A stretch of DNA of 64,000 nucleotides, taken from NCBI GenBank assembly GCA_965242725.1, contig CBDESZ010000034.1, forward strand, positions 1-64,000. The letters are read 5' to 3'. The DNA comes from Alkalispirochaeta sp. GTDB lineage: Bacteria; Spirochaetota; Spirochaetia; DSM-27196; Alkalispirochaetaceae. Numbering within the stretch: the first letter of the stretch is position 1; each line of letters starts with the position of its first letter. The notes below the pieces were generated by a model, which worked only from the letters and a program-made list of their open reading frames with translations, did no database searches and was not told where the DNA came from. Positions 28,195 to 37,905 of this stretch are shown here, one piece after another. The position numbers and the translations under genes are program-made.

Positions 28195-30687
28195 TCACCG
28201 CGACGGGAGGGAAGGACCGTCGTGCTTCACCGTCTCTCCCGGCCTGATGTGAACCGTCTCATCGTCGATCGTCACCTCTATGGTCGCGGAGTTCTCTTTC
28301 CCCGCCGTGACGGACGTCGTGGTCAAACCGTCGGCGGACGTCGTGATCTCTACGGAGAGCTTCGCTTTGCGAAACTCAAGGGGAAATGTGACCCGCTCCC
28401 ACTCCGCCGGAAGACGGGGAGCAAACGAGATACCGTCATCGGAGACCGACATTCCCGCGAAGCCGTGCACGACAATCTGCCACGCCACACCACACGCTGC
28501 GGTGTGGATACCTCCTATGAAGGTACCGCCGCTGACCGCCTTGTTGTCGTTGTACAGATCGATTGTACATGACTTCATGAAGTACCGGTACGCGTCATCG
28601 AGACGGCCGATCCACGCCGCCACAATCGCGTACACTGCGGGACTCAATGATGAGCCGTGCTGGGTACGTTTTTCATAGTACTCCCAGTTCTTTTGCATAA
28701 TCTCCCGGGTATATGCCTCGGGGTGCAGCATGAACAGTTGGGTCACGTCGGCCTGCTTTGTCACCTGGGTTTCCAGGGCGATGCCGTTGGGCCATCCCCA
28801 GTATTCGCCGCCTTCGATGAGGCGTTCCTTCAGCTCGCGGGGCGTAATGTCTTCGTACTGAAAATATCCCGAAAACTGCTCAATGAGTCCCGTCGTCTTC
28901 GAAGGTTCCGGTACGTACATTTTTTCGGCGGTCTGCCGCCACCGTTCCACTTCCCCCGCATCAAGCTTGATCTTCCCGGAAACCGCTTTCAGCGCCTCGG
29001 GATCACGTTCGCCCAACCAGTCAAAAACTTCAGCCCCGTACGCCAGGGCGAAGCGCGCCTGATAATTGGTGAAGAAGTTGTTGTCCACGTTTTCATGGTA
29101 TTCATCCGGACCGAGGACCCGAATGATCTCATAGCGATCGCGGTCGGGACGGTAGAGGGACCGGGAATAGAGAAAACGGGCCACTTCAAATACGATCTCC
29201 CCGCCGTACCATTTCAGGAACTCCTCATCACCGGTGATCGCGACATACCGGGAGATGGTATAGGAAATATCGGGAGAGATATGTATCTGCCAATCATTGA
29301 AATGGTTGCGGATTTTTCGACCGGATATCACATCCCGAAAGAAGTAGGCAGGGCAGATCTCCTCTCCGCTGTCACCGCTGATCCACGGGTAGAATGCTCC
29401 GTGGTACCCGAGGTCCCGCGCCTTTCTGCGCGCCCCGTCGAGGGTACGATAGCGGTACACAAGGATATTCCTGGCAACATCGGGCGCGGTAAAGATGAAC
29501 ATGGGAAGATTGAATATCTCCTGGTCCCAGAACGCTGCGCCCTGATACGCCTGACACGACAGGCCCCGGGCGCCGATGGGGAGATGGTCCGTATGGACAG
29601 GTGTGGCGATGATGTTGTGATAGATGTTGTAGCGGAGGACCGTCGCCGCGCGGTCATCGCCGGCAATTTCGATATCCGAATGCTCCCACCAGCGATCCCA
29701 TCTCTCCCGGTGACGACGGCGGACCGTTTCCCATCCCCTCTGTTGCGCCTCGTGGATAACCGCCGTCGCGGCGGTCCGCAGCTCCGCCTCCGTCGGTTTG
29801 TTGAGGTCATTGACGGGGGGTTGTTCCTTCCGGAATCGGGCGGCGGACCGGGCGGGATCAAGGGTTCCCGTCTCGGCGGGGAGCGCGGGAACGTGCACGA
29901 CCGTATGGGGATTTTGTCCCCGGCGCAGATCATTGGTACTGTAGAGGGCGACGTACTTTGTGAGAACGATCGATTGGCCCCGGTCCAGGGAGCATTCCAG
30001 ACGTCTGAGCTGACTGCCGCCGTCATGATCGGTCAAGTGCTCATCGGTATGAGGTACGGGTTCACCGGCGGGACCGGTGAGCGTTGCATGCTCCTGCACG
30101 ACGATTTCGTATCCGTGTTCTTGTGTCACCCCGACGATTTCACTGATTCCTTCGCGAATATCACCGCGGAGCGCACGGAAGTGATTCCCGTTGAGACTCC
30201 AGATATCGGCGTCGATACCGGTGACGATCGTCATCTCCGCCGACCGGTGAGCGGTAATCGTGGTACGGGAGGTGAGAAGGTGAATATCCTCGGCCGAGGC
30301 GAAGCGCGTTTCGGCAACGGAGATACCGCGCTTTTTCCACGTCGCCTCACCGCTCCACTCGCCGTAGCGGAAGTTCAGCGTCCGCCGGTATTGCTGGGTA
30401 TCCGCCCCGGACCATCGCAGGGGTGTACCGTTCACCATGAGCGTTGTGTAAAGACCGTTGGGAACGGTCGCCAGCTCCTTCCAGACGCCGTCGGCGTTGT
30501 CATACGTATCGGTCAGGACACAGGCGACGTATTCCGCCCGGGTATCGTCGGCGAAGGTACCACGATAGCCGCAGTATCCGTTACCTATCATGTAGTTGCT
30601 TCCCGTCGTGACGACCTGATCCGACCGGAATTCGTCCTCGTAGATCTCCCAGGTCGTGTCGGTATGTGCATTATTTCCGAGGTCCAT
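28195..30687 (-). CDS. Glycoside hydrolase family 65 (alpha-glucoside phosphorylase)
   Basis: GNGYCGYRG, GARGL....FWD.E, GPDEYHE, KQADV and QHGSSLS motifs. Confidence 0.92.
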   Translation of the reverse strand: MDLGNNAHTDTTWEIYEDEFRSDQVVTTGSNYMIGNGYCGYRGTFADDTRAEYVACVLTDTYDNADGVWKELATVPNGLYTTLMVNGTPLRWSGADTQQYRRTLNFRYGEWSGEATWKKRGISVAETRFASAEDIHLLTSRTTITAHRSAEMTIVTGIDADIWSLNGNHFRALRGDIREGISEIVGVTQEHGYEIVVQEHATLTGPAGEPVPHTDEHLTDHDGGSQLRRLECSLDRGQSIVLTKYVALYSTNDLRRGQNPHTVVHVPALPAETGTLDPARSAARFRKEQPPVNDLNKPTEAELRTAATAVIHEAQQRGWETVRRRHRERWDRWWEHSDIEIAGDDRAATVLRYNIYHNIIATPVHTDHLPIGARGLSCQAYQGAAFWDQEIFNLPMFIFTAPDVARNILVYRYRTLDGARRKARDLGYHGAFYPWISGDSGEEICPAYFFRDVISGRKIRNHFNDWQIHISPDISYTISRYVAITGDEEFLKWYGGEIVFEVARFLYSRSLYRPDRDRYEIIRVLGPDEYHENVDNNFFTNYQARFALAYGAEVFDWLGERDPEALKAVSGKIKLDAGEVERWRQTAEKMYVPEPSKTTGLIEQFSGYFQYEDITPRELKERLIEGGEYWGWPNGIALETQVTKQADVTQLFMLHPEAYTREIMQKNWEYYEKRTQHGSSLSPAVYAIVAAWIGRLDDAYRYFMKSCTIDLYNDNKAVSGGTFIGGIHTAACGVAWQIVVHGFAGMSVSDDGISFAPRLPAEWERVTFPLEFRKAKLSVEITTSADGLTTTSVTAGKENSATIEVTIDDETVHIRPGETVKHDGPSLPSR

Positions 30688-30711
30688 AGGTATCCTTTAC
30701 ATTGCAGTCAT

Positions 30712-30742
30712 AAAAAAGGCGGTAATCCGTGGGATCACCGCC
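30712..30742 (-). terminator. Terminator-like hairpin between the permease gene and GH65
   Basis: GGCGGT.ATCC-GTG-GGAT.ACCGCC stem with A6 on + (U6 on -). Confidence 0.65.
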
Positions 30743-30765
30743 CGTTGGTGTACGCCCAGGCAAAA

Positions 30766-31653
30766 CTACCCTTTTACGGAGCCCGCCATCATGCCGCGCA
30801 CAAAATACCGCTGCAGTCCGAAGAAGACGACCAGCGGCATGGTCATCGTCAGAAATGCACCGGAGGTCAAAACATACCAGTCCTGCCCGCGGGACCCTAC
30901 CATCTCCGCGAGACGGGTCGTCACCACGGCAACGTTGATATTCGTACCGAGAAATACCAACGCCACAAGCAGGTCATTCCATACCCAGAGGAACTGGAAT
31001 ATCGCAAACGATGCGATCGCCGGCACCGACAGGGGAACGACGAGATAGATGAATTTCGTCATAGGCGTCGTTCCATCCACCTCCGCGGCCTCTATGAGGT
31101 CCCTCGGAATTTGCGAGATGTAGCCGTACAGGAGATAGGTGGCGAGGGGGAGTCCGAATCCCGTATGGGCCAGCCAGATTCCCAGATAGGTACCGTTCAG
31201 CCTGGCGTTATTGTAGAGCCGGAAGAGCGGAAGCAATGACGTCTGAAGGGGCACCACCATGAGACCGACCACAAGGACAAACATGAGGCGTCGCCCCTTG
31301 AACTCCATCCAGGCGAGGCCATACGCCGCAAAGGCGGCGATGGTGATCGGAATGACCGTGGCGGGTATGGTTACCAGGAGGCTGTTCAGAAAGGCGTTCC
31401 CCATTCCGTCTTCACCAAGGACAAAGATATAGTTTTCAAGTGTCCAGAATCCCTGGGAAAAGGGCTGGAAGACCGCTGTCCACCATCCCGTTGTGTTGAT
31501 CGCCTGGGGTTCCCTGAAGGAGCTCACCAGCAGCCCCAGCGTCGGAATCGTCCAGACCAGAACGATAAGAATGATGGCGGCGTTCAGGAAAATTCGCCCA
31601 AAAATCTCTTTGGATGTTTTTTTTCGTTTCTGTATGACTAACGTATCGGACAT
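30766..31653 (-). CDS. Carbohydrate ABC permease (AglG/GgtD-like)
   Basis: EAA loop (LIEAAEVDG); FQFLWVWNDLLVAL and LQRYFVRG motifs. Confidence 0.92.
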   Translation of the reverse strand: MSDTLVIQKRKKTSKEIFGRIFLNAAIILIVLVWTIPTLGLLVSSFREPQAINTTGWWTAVFQPFSQGFWTLENYIFVLGEDGMGNAFLNSLLVTIPATVIPITIAAFAAYGLAWMEFKGRRLMFVLVVGLMVVPLQTSLLPLFRLYNNARLNGTYLGIWLAHTGFGLPLATYLLYGYISQIPRDLIEAAEVDGTTPMTKFIYLVVPLSVPAIASFAIFQFLWVWNDLLVALVFLGTNINVAVVTTRLAEMVGSRGQDWYVLTSGAFLTMTMPLVVFFGLQRYFVRGMMAGSVKG

Positions 31654-31664
31654 AGCACTTCTCC

Positions 31665-32744
31665 TCACGCCTTATTGAGACTGCGGATGTTTCTGATCAT
31701 TACCGGCGTAACCGCTATGAAAATGATTACCGCCAGTGCCGCTCCGCGACCGTACTGTCCCCGGGTGAACATCTGGTTGTACATCATGTTGGCAACGACG
31801 TCGGTGTTGAATCGGCCGCTGGTCATGACAAAAACGACATCGAATATCTTGAGAACCAGGATGACGATCGTCGTCGTTACGGTAAGGATCGTCCCGCTCA
31901 CATAGGGAATGATGACCTGGAAAAAGATCCGAAACTCTCCCGCGCCGTCGATGCGGGCAGCTTCCAGGAGGCTTGAGGGGACACCCTTCACCGCGGAGGA
32001 AAGGATCACCATGGCAAAGCCCGTTTGCAGCCAGATCATGATCACGATGAGGAAAAAATTGTTCCACGGCTCTATACGCAGCCATCCGACGGGATCGCCG
32101 CCAAGACCGACGACTATGGCGTTCAAGAGACCGATCTGCTGTCCGTAGGTTGCGTAGTAATAGACAAACCGCCAGATGACCGACGCACCGACGAAGGATA
32201 TTGCCATCGGCAGAAACACGAGAGACTTGGCATACTTCTCCCATTTCACCCGGTCAACGAGCACCGCGATAACGAGACCGAAGGATACCGAGAAAAGGGG
32301 AACAAATATGAGCCAGAGAATATTGTTCCGAATTGCGATGAGGAGCGCCGGATCCTGAAACGCGGCGACATAGTTCTGCAACCCGAAGTTTGTAGGGGAA
32401 CCGCCGCGGGTATAGTCGAAGAAACTCACCCCTACGGTGCGTACCGTGGGATAGATGATGTAGACCAGAAGGATGAGAAATGCGGGGATGATAAATACGT
32501 AGGGTCTCAGAAAGTCGCGGATACGGATGGGTAACTGGTTGACGAGGTTATCCACCGTCAGGTACAACGCCCATATTCCGCCGACACCCACAATCAGCGC
32601 CACAATGGCGATAACGAGTCTCGGCGCGTCTCCGGCGCGCATGAAACTGAAACTCCACGCAAATATCACGAAGAGAACCGCCGCAATTGCAAGGGAAATC
32701 ACCACTTGCACAGGTCTGTTTTTCACTATACCGGCATCACTCAT
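31665..32744 (-). CDS. Carbohydrate ABC permease (AglF/GgtC-like)
   Basis: LPMAISFVGA, IWLQTGFAMVILS and LEAARIDGA motifs. Confidence 0.92.
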   Translation of the reverse strand: MSDAGIVKNRPVQVVISLAIAAVLFVIFAWSFSFMRAGDAPRLVIAIVALIVGVGGIWALYLTVDNLVNQLPIRIRDFLRPYVFIIPAFLILLVYIIYPTVRTVGVSFFDYTRGGSPTNFGLQNYVAAFQDPALLIAIRNNILWLIFVPLFSVSFGLVIAVLVDRVKWEKYAKSLVFLPMAISFVGASVIWRFVYYYATYGQQIGLLNAIVVGLGGDPVGWLRIEPWNNFFLIVIMIWLQTGFAMVILSSAVKGVPSSLLEAARIDGAGEFRIFFQVIIPYVSGTILTVTTTIVILVLKIFDVVFVMTSGRFNTDVVANMMYNQMFTRGQYGRGAALAVIIFIAVTPVMIRNIRSLNKA

Positions 32745-32770
32745 AACACCCCCGAAGGAAAATTCATACA

Positions 32771-32801
32771 AGAAAGGCAGGGAGGCGAAAGCCCCCCTGC
32801 C
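32771..32801 (-). terminator. Intercistronic hairpin after the binding-protein gene
   Basis: GGCAGGGAGGC-GAAA-GCCCCCCTGCC with short U-rich tail on -; typical mRNA-stabilising or attenuating stem in ABC operons. Confidence 0.6.
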
Positions 32802-32821
32802 GAAGGGTTATACACACCCGA

Positions 32822-34171
32822 TTAGGGCCAGCTGTTATCGATGTTCTGCAGAAGGTTGTCCAAATCTGCGTCTTCGTCGTTCACATAGGCGGTAATTTCC
32901 GTCCAGAACGTACCTGCACCGACGGGGCCGGGCATCAAGTCGGAGGCATCAAACCTGAAGGTCGTCGCATTCTGGAGAATCTCCGCGATACCGCGATCGG
33001 TAACGGTCGGATACCAGTCGAGGGGCACGTCGTTGTGCGGTGCGACAAAGCCGCCTGATTCCAGCCATGCCTTGGTGGAAAGGCCTGTTGCGAGGTAGCG
33101 CATCGTCGCGCGTACTTCAGGGCGATCCTGCATCGGGCTGAAGAGGTCCCCGGCACCGAGAACCGGATTACCCAGAGACTCGTCGATGGGCGGTAGATAG
33201 AAGAATCCGATTGTGTCGCCCACTTCAGCGCCCTCTTCAGGGAAGAATGCGGTAATAAAGGACGCCTGGCGATGCATGAGCGCCGCAGGAGGATCCGCCG
33301 TCATCGGCGTGGGTGCGTCACCGAATGGTGTAAGCACGATACCTTCCCGGCCACCAAGTACATAGTCTTCGTTGAACCAGATCTCCGTCAGATAATCGAG
33401 AGCCTCCCGGAACTCGGGACTGTCAAATTTGACCTCTCCCGCAACCCATCGGTCATATACTTCCGGGGGATGAATGCGAAGCATGATGTCTTCGATCCAG
33501 TCCGTGGCTACCCATCCCGTTGCACCGGAGCTCTCAATACCGATCGTCCATGGGGTGTGCCCGTCGGCGACCATCTGATCGCTCAGCGCGAGCATTTCAT
33601 CCCACGTCTCGGGGATTTCGTAACCCTCTTCTTCAAAAACGGGAATATTGTACCAGACAAGGCTCTTCACGCTGGCGCGATACCAGACTCCCGCCTGGAT
33701 GTCGCCGATATCGGCAAGTTCAATCCACGCGTCGTTGTACTGTTCCTGGAGATAATCCATACCAAGCCAGTCCGCAACGTCATAGATATAGTCGCCGTTC
33801 ACGAGATCCGCCGCAAGTCCGGGCTGGGGAAAGACCGCGATGTCCGGGGGACTGCCGCCCTCGGCACGGACGGTAATCAGTGTTTCAAAGTCGCCGCTTC
33901 CCTCATACACAATGTCTATGCCCGTCGCTTCTTCAAAGGGAATCATCGACTCATTGAAGCGTCGCGCGTCCTCGTCGACAAAGGCACCGAAGATATTCAC
34001 CGTCGTTCCCGACAGGTCCTCACCTTCGGTATAGGGGTTATCGGTATAATCGACACCCGATTCTTCCGCCATTGCAGTCTCACTCTCCTCGCCGTCACCC
34101 TGACCGCCACATGCGATCAAGACCAGGGCAAGAAGGGAAACCAGAAAAAGCAATAGTAGCTTTCGAAACAT
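32822..34171 (-). CDS. Alpha-glucoside ABC substrate-binding lipoprotein (AglE/GgtB-like)
   Basis: LIA-C lipobox; PPDIAVFPQPG, KSLVWYN, ATGWVATDW, HRQASF and FRFDASDLMP motifs; AGGAGG RBS. Confidence 0.9.
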   Translation of the reverse strand: MFRKLLLLFLVSLLALVLIACGGQGDGEESETAMAEESGVDYTDNPYTEGEDLSGTTVNIFGAFVDEDARRFNESMIPFEEATGIDIVYEGSGDFETLITVRAEGGSPPDIAVFPQPGLAADLVNGDYIYDVADWLGMDYLQEQYNDAWIELADIGDIQAGVWYRASVKSLVWYNIPVFEEEGYEIPETWDEMLALSDQMVADGHTPWTIGIESSGATGWVATDWIEDIMLRIHPPEVYDRWVAGEVKFDSPEFREALDYLTEIWFNEDYVLGGREGIVLTPFGDAPTPMTADPPAALMHRQASFITAFFPEEGAEVGDTIGFFYLPPIDESLGNPVLGAGDLFSPMQDRPEVRATMRYLATGLSTKAWLESGGFVAPHNDVPLDWYPTVTDRGIAEILQNATTFRFDASDLMPGPVGAGTFWTEITAYVNDEDADLDNLLQNIDNSWP

Positions 34172-34202
34172 AGTTCCTCCTCTTTTTTGGTCGAACAGTC
34201 TA

Positions 34203-34256
34203 TTAGTTGTATTGCACAACCAACTAAACAGTAGCATGAGAAATTTCCACTGTCAA
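34203..34256 (-). promoter_or_regulatory. ABC operon promoter with a ROK-type operator
   Basis: TTGACA(34256)-17-TGcTACTGT; operator TTAGTTG-N11-CAACTAA at 34203-34227 immediately downstream. Confidence 0.8.
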
Positions 34257-34316
34257 ACAAAAATTGTCCCGACGATTTCCCCTGGAGGTGGGGCACCGAC
34301 GCGGTTGGATATCTTT

Positions 34317-34364
34317 TTGACAGGAATGAACAGTCGGTGTAGATTGGTTGTAGCAACCAACTTT
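34317..34364 (+). promoter_or_regulatory. ROK regulator promoter with a second operator
   Basis: TTGACA(34317)-17-TAGATT; TTGGTTG-TAG-CAACCAA at 34344-34360. Confidence 0.78.
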
Positions 34365-35546
34365 ATGGCAAACTACATTAGTGAAGTAAACATTACGAGG
34401 GTTCTTCGCACCGTATACCTGAATCACGGGTTAAGCCGGGTAGAAATATCTAAACGACTGGGTCTCAACAAGTCAACCGTTTCAAAGATCGTCGGCTATC
34501 TCGAGGAAATCGGCATCGTGGAAACCGCGTCCGTCGGCGACGCAGGACCTACCGGCGGCCGGCGACCGATACAGCTCCAGATACGTTCCAATTGGGGCTG
34601 TATTATGGGGGTTGAAATCCAGACGGAGGCGTTTACCGTTGTCGGCATCAATCTGCACGGCGATGTTTTCTTTTCCCATACCGAGATGCTGGATCTCAGG
34701 GGGAAGGACGTAGTTGAGGTTTTTGTGGAGATCGTCCGCCGCTTTCTCCCCAGCCTGGAGAACACGGGGATGCCCCTCATCGGTATCGGTGTTTCCCTTC
34801 CCGGTTTCGTCGATCCCGAACGTGGCGTCCTGCGCGCCTCCCGTCCTCTGGAAGTGTACCGGGAAGTCTCATTCGTGGTGAACGCACGGGCGCGCCTGGG
34901 TCTTTCCATCCCCATACTCATAGACAACGACGCCAACTGCGGGTGCTGGGGTGAACTTGCTTTTAAGCACAGCGATCGACCGCAAAACTTCCTCTTCGTC
35001 CTCGGCGAACTTCGAAAACATACGATCGAAATGGACGACTATCGGATCATGGCGGTAGGACTCGGTCTCGTTCTGAATGGAAGCGTTCATCATGGACACG
35101 AGTTTTCTGCCGGCGAGTTTCGCAGCATCAACTACAGCCCCGGCACGGTCAATCAGTTTGCGGTAACCGACGATGAGGCACGGGAGTTTTTACAGAACCC
35201 GAAAGTTGACACCATTATCATCGATCAGCTCGCCCGCCACATCGCTTTTCTCGTCAATGTATTGAATCTGGCCAAAGTAGTTATCGGCGGACCGATGGAA
35301 GTGCTCGCGGACGAACTGACCGAGGCAATACAGCACCACATCCGGGTAAACTGGGCGTACCCCAATCCCGTAAAATGCCAGGTTGCCGTGTCACGCCTGG
35401 GGGAGCAGGCGGCAGCGTACGGAGCGGCGGGAATGTTCCTGGAACATCTCATTGAAGTTCCACGGGTCGACGCCCACGGGGGCAACGGTATACGCCGATT
35501 CGGCATTGATCTGCTGGAAGGTCTGATGCCGAGACTGCAGGAATAG
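34365..35546 (+). CDS. ROK-family transcriptional repressor (XylR/NagC-like)
   Basis: N-terminal HTH SRVEISKRLGLNKSTVS; GGRRP, GIGVSLPG, DNDAN and AGEF motifs. Confidence 0.92.
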   Translation: MANYISEVNITRVLRTVYLNHGLSRVEISKRLGLNKSTVSKIVGYLEEIGIVETASVGDAGPTGGRRPIQLQIRSNWGCIMGVEIQTEAFTVVGINLHGDVFFSHTEMLDLRGKDVVEVFVEIVRRFLPSLENTGMPLIGIGVSLPGFVDPERGVLRASRPLEVYREVSFVVNARARLGLSIPILIDNDANCGCWGELAFKHSDRPQNFLFVLGELRKHTIEMDDYRIMAVGLGLVLNGSVHHGHEFSAGEFRSINYSPGTVNQFAVTDDEAREFLQNPKVDTIIIDQLARHIAFLVNVLNLAKVVIGGPMEVLADELTEAIQHHIRVNWAYPNPVKCQVAVSRLGEQAAAYGAAGMFLEHLIEVPRVDAHGGNGIRRFGIDLLEGLMPRLQE

Positions 35547-35597
35547 CCGACGGAGACGGCCTCGGCGAGGCGTGTCACACTCCACCATTTCCGAAAA

Positions 35598-37124
35598 TCA
35601 GCGGGCGCTTCTGCGCAGGATCTCTTCAACGACCGATCTGTGCGCCGGATTTCCAAGCGTCGTGGTGGGAGGAGTGAAATTGACGGGCCGGGCGTACAAC
35701 GGCGTGCTTCCGCCCTGGGTATAGACAACTTCCCATTCGGCGTGACCATCGTCGACGAGAGCAGGGACGCCTATGAGCCCCCGTTTCACCTTGAGTTCGA
35801 GAATTCGGCGAACAGAGCGATCGATGCGTTCCATTGAAACACGCCCTTCGCGGATCGCATTGAGCAGCGATGCATGGGCGCCCCTGGCGTTTTCCGGCCG
35901 CAACAGGACGTCCGCTCCCGCTTCTACCGCCCGGAGAGGAACCTCTCCGGGTTCATAGTACAGCGTCAGCGCCGCCATATTGAGCGCATCCGTAATGATA
36001 AGCCCGTCAAACCCAAGTTCCTCCCGCAGAAGGACGTCCGTCAGAAGGGGACTGAGCGACGCCGGCGTATAGTCTCCCGTTACGGCGGGAACGCTTATGT
36101 GCCCGATAAGGACCGCATCACTTCCGGCGGCTATTCCCCTTTGAAATGGAATAAACTCCACCGCCCGGAGGCGATCTATGTCATGGGGAAAGACCGCCAT
36201 TTCAACGTGCGAATCTTCCACCGTGTCGCCGTGACCGGGAAAGTGCTTTAACGCCGCGCTTACTCCGCCGTTCTGCAGCCCCCTCACCGTCGATTCAACC
36301 ATGGCCGAGACCGTCTCAACGTCGGAACCGAATGCCCGGGTGCCGATGACGGGGTTCCCGGGATTCGTCAGGATATCGGCGACAGGGGCGAGGTTCATGG
36401 TAATTCCGAGGCTGCGAAGCTCCCGCGCCATGACGCCCGCAAGCTCATAGGCGAGATCGGGATCTCCGACGCGGCCGACCCGGGAAGCCGCGGGTATGTG
36501 CGTCGCCGGCATCTCTTCAGTCGGGACGATGCGCCTGACAACGCCTCCTTCCTGATCGACACTCACGATGAGGGGTAATTCCGAAGCTTCCTGCATCGCT
36601 TCGATAAGTGTTCTGACCTGATCGGGCGATGCGATGTTTTCAGCGAAGAGAAGAAACCCGCCGGGCGTGACATCGACGAGGAGACGTCTCAGCTCTTCAT
36701 TGAAGTCCGTTACCGCCGCACCATTCCCGTCGACAAGGAGAGCCGGCATAATCATCTGACCGACCTTTTCTTCGGTGGTCATATCCGCCATGATTGTCCC
36801 CACCGTAACCTTCCGGAGCTCCTCCGGCGAAACTGCCCGCCCCGGCTGGAGGGGGTCCAGTGACGCGATCCTGTCACCGTCTTCCGCGAAATCGTCCTCC
36901 CCCATCGGGGGGGAATTCTCATCCTGATCGACAGGCGGGGTCGTCGGTTCAGTTCCGGATGAATCGAAACGATTCCGACCCTGTTGATCCACCGGATGAA
37001 CCGGTTGTTCCGGAGGCGACGGCGATGAGGGGGATGCGCAACCCGAAAGGAACACGAGCATTCCGCCGCAGAAAATAAGGGACACTATTAATTTTCGAAT
37101 ACTCTTGTATCCTTTTTTATACAT
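35598..37124 (-). CDS. nagZ: GH3 beta-N-acetylhexosaminidase lipoprotein
   Basis: LSG-C lipobox; VDQEGG, KHFPGHGD...DSH and ITDALNM motifs. Confidence 0.85.
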   Translation of the reverse strand: MYKKGYKSIRKLIVSLIFCGGMLVFLSGCASPSSPSPPEQPVHPVDQQGRNRFDSSGTEPTTPPVDQDENSPPMGEDDFAEDGDRIASLDPLQPGRAVSPEELRKVTVGTIMADMTTEEKVGQMIMPALLVDGNGAAVTDFNEELRRLLVDVTPGGFLLFAENIASPDQVRTLIEAMQEASELPLIVSVDQEGGVVRRIVPTEEMPATHIPAASRVGRVGDPDLAYELAGVMARELRSLGITMNLAPVADILTNPGNPVIGTRAFGSDVETVSAMVESTVRGLQNGGVSAALKHFPGHGDTVEDSHVEMAVFPHDIDRLRAVEFIPFQRGIAAGSDAVLIGHISVPAVTGDYTPASLSPLLTDVLLREELGFDGLIITDALNMAALTLYYEPGEVPLRAVEAGADVLLRPENARGAHASLLNAIREGRVSMERIDRSVRRILELKVKRGLIGVPALVDDGHAEWEVVYTQGGSTPLYARPVNFTPPTTTLGNPAHRSVVEEILRRSAR

Positions 37125-37243
37125 TTACCGTCCCCACGATTTTCGCAGTCGGGAAGTTTCGTATTAATTCTTTATAATAATGAGAGTTATGCATCCCATA
37201 AATATCTCCGTCGCATGGCATGGAAATTGCAAGTAAATAACCG

Positions 37244-37858
37244 ATGGAACAAGTTCTACTGCGACAGTTAACACGCGACGTTACACGTGACATACAGACA
37301 GAATTAATAAGGAAATCCATTCATCTTTCAATAGCACTGGTGCCCGGGGTTGCGCAATTAATCGGCACTCCCGTTACACTGGCTCTTCTGTCTCTCGGTA
37401 CGTTACTGTATACCTACACGGAGGTCCAGAGAAACGCGGGAAATCGCGTGCCCGTTATCTCCAGAATAACAGAAATGGCGTCGCGGCAACGGGACTTGAA
37501 CCGGTTTGTCCTTGGACCGGTGACGCTTGGTATCGGCGCGATGCTCGCCCTCCTCCTGTACCCCGACCCTGCGGCGAGCATCGCCATTTATGCCCTTGCC
37601 TTCGGCGACGGATTCGCAAGTCTCGTCGGTCGGATAGTGGGATCAATACGCGTTCCCGCGACAGGCGGCAAGACTGTTGAGGGCAGTGTGGCGTGCGCCG
37701 CCGCCGTTGCAGTCAGCACGTACACAATCGTGCCGTCCCCCGCCGTGATCGCGACCGCGGCAATTTCAGCAACCCTGCTGGAAGTCCTTCCCAGCGGTGA
37801 CGCAGACAATCTGATTCTTCCGGTGGGAGTCGGCCTCGCCGTCTCGTTCCTCGTCTGA
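37244..37858 (+). CDS. CTP-dependent polyprenol/diacylglycerol kinase (dolichol/phytol kinase-like) membrane protein
   Basis: RKSIH, FGDGFASLVG, KTVEGS and DNLILP motifs. Confidence 0.82.
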   Translation: MEQVLLRQLTRDVTRDIQTELIRKSIHLSIALVPGVAQLIGTPVTLALLSLGTLLYTYTEVQRNAGNRVPVISRITEMASRQRDLNRFVLGPVTLGIGAMLALLLYPDPAASIAIYALAFGDGFASLVGRIVGSIRVPATGGKTVEGSVACAAAVAVSTYTIVPSPAVIATAAISATLLEVLPSGDADNLILPVGVGLAVSFLV

Positions 37859-37905
37859 CACTCCCGTCCCGGTACTTGTTCGGTCCGGCGGCAATCGGAA
37901 CGTAT

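Noticed and set aside
28657..31239. 860-aa ORF on the + strand
   Set aside because: Antisense shadow of GH65 and the permease in GC-rich DNA; no recognisable motifs.
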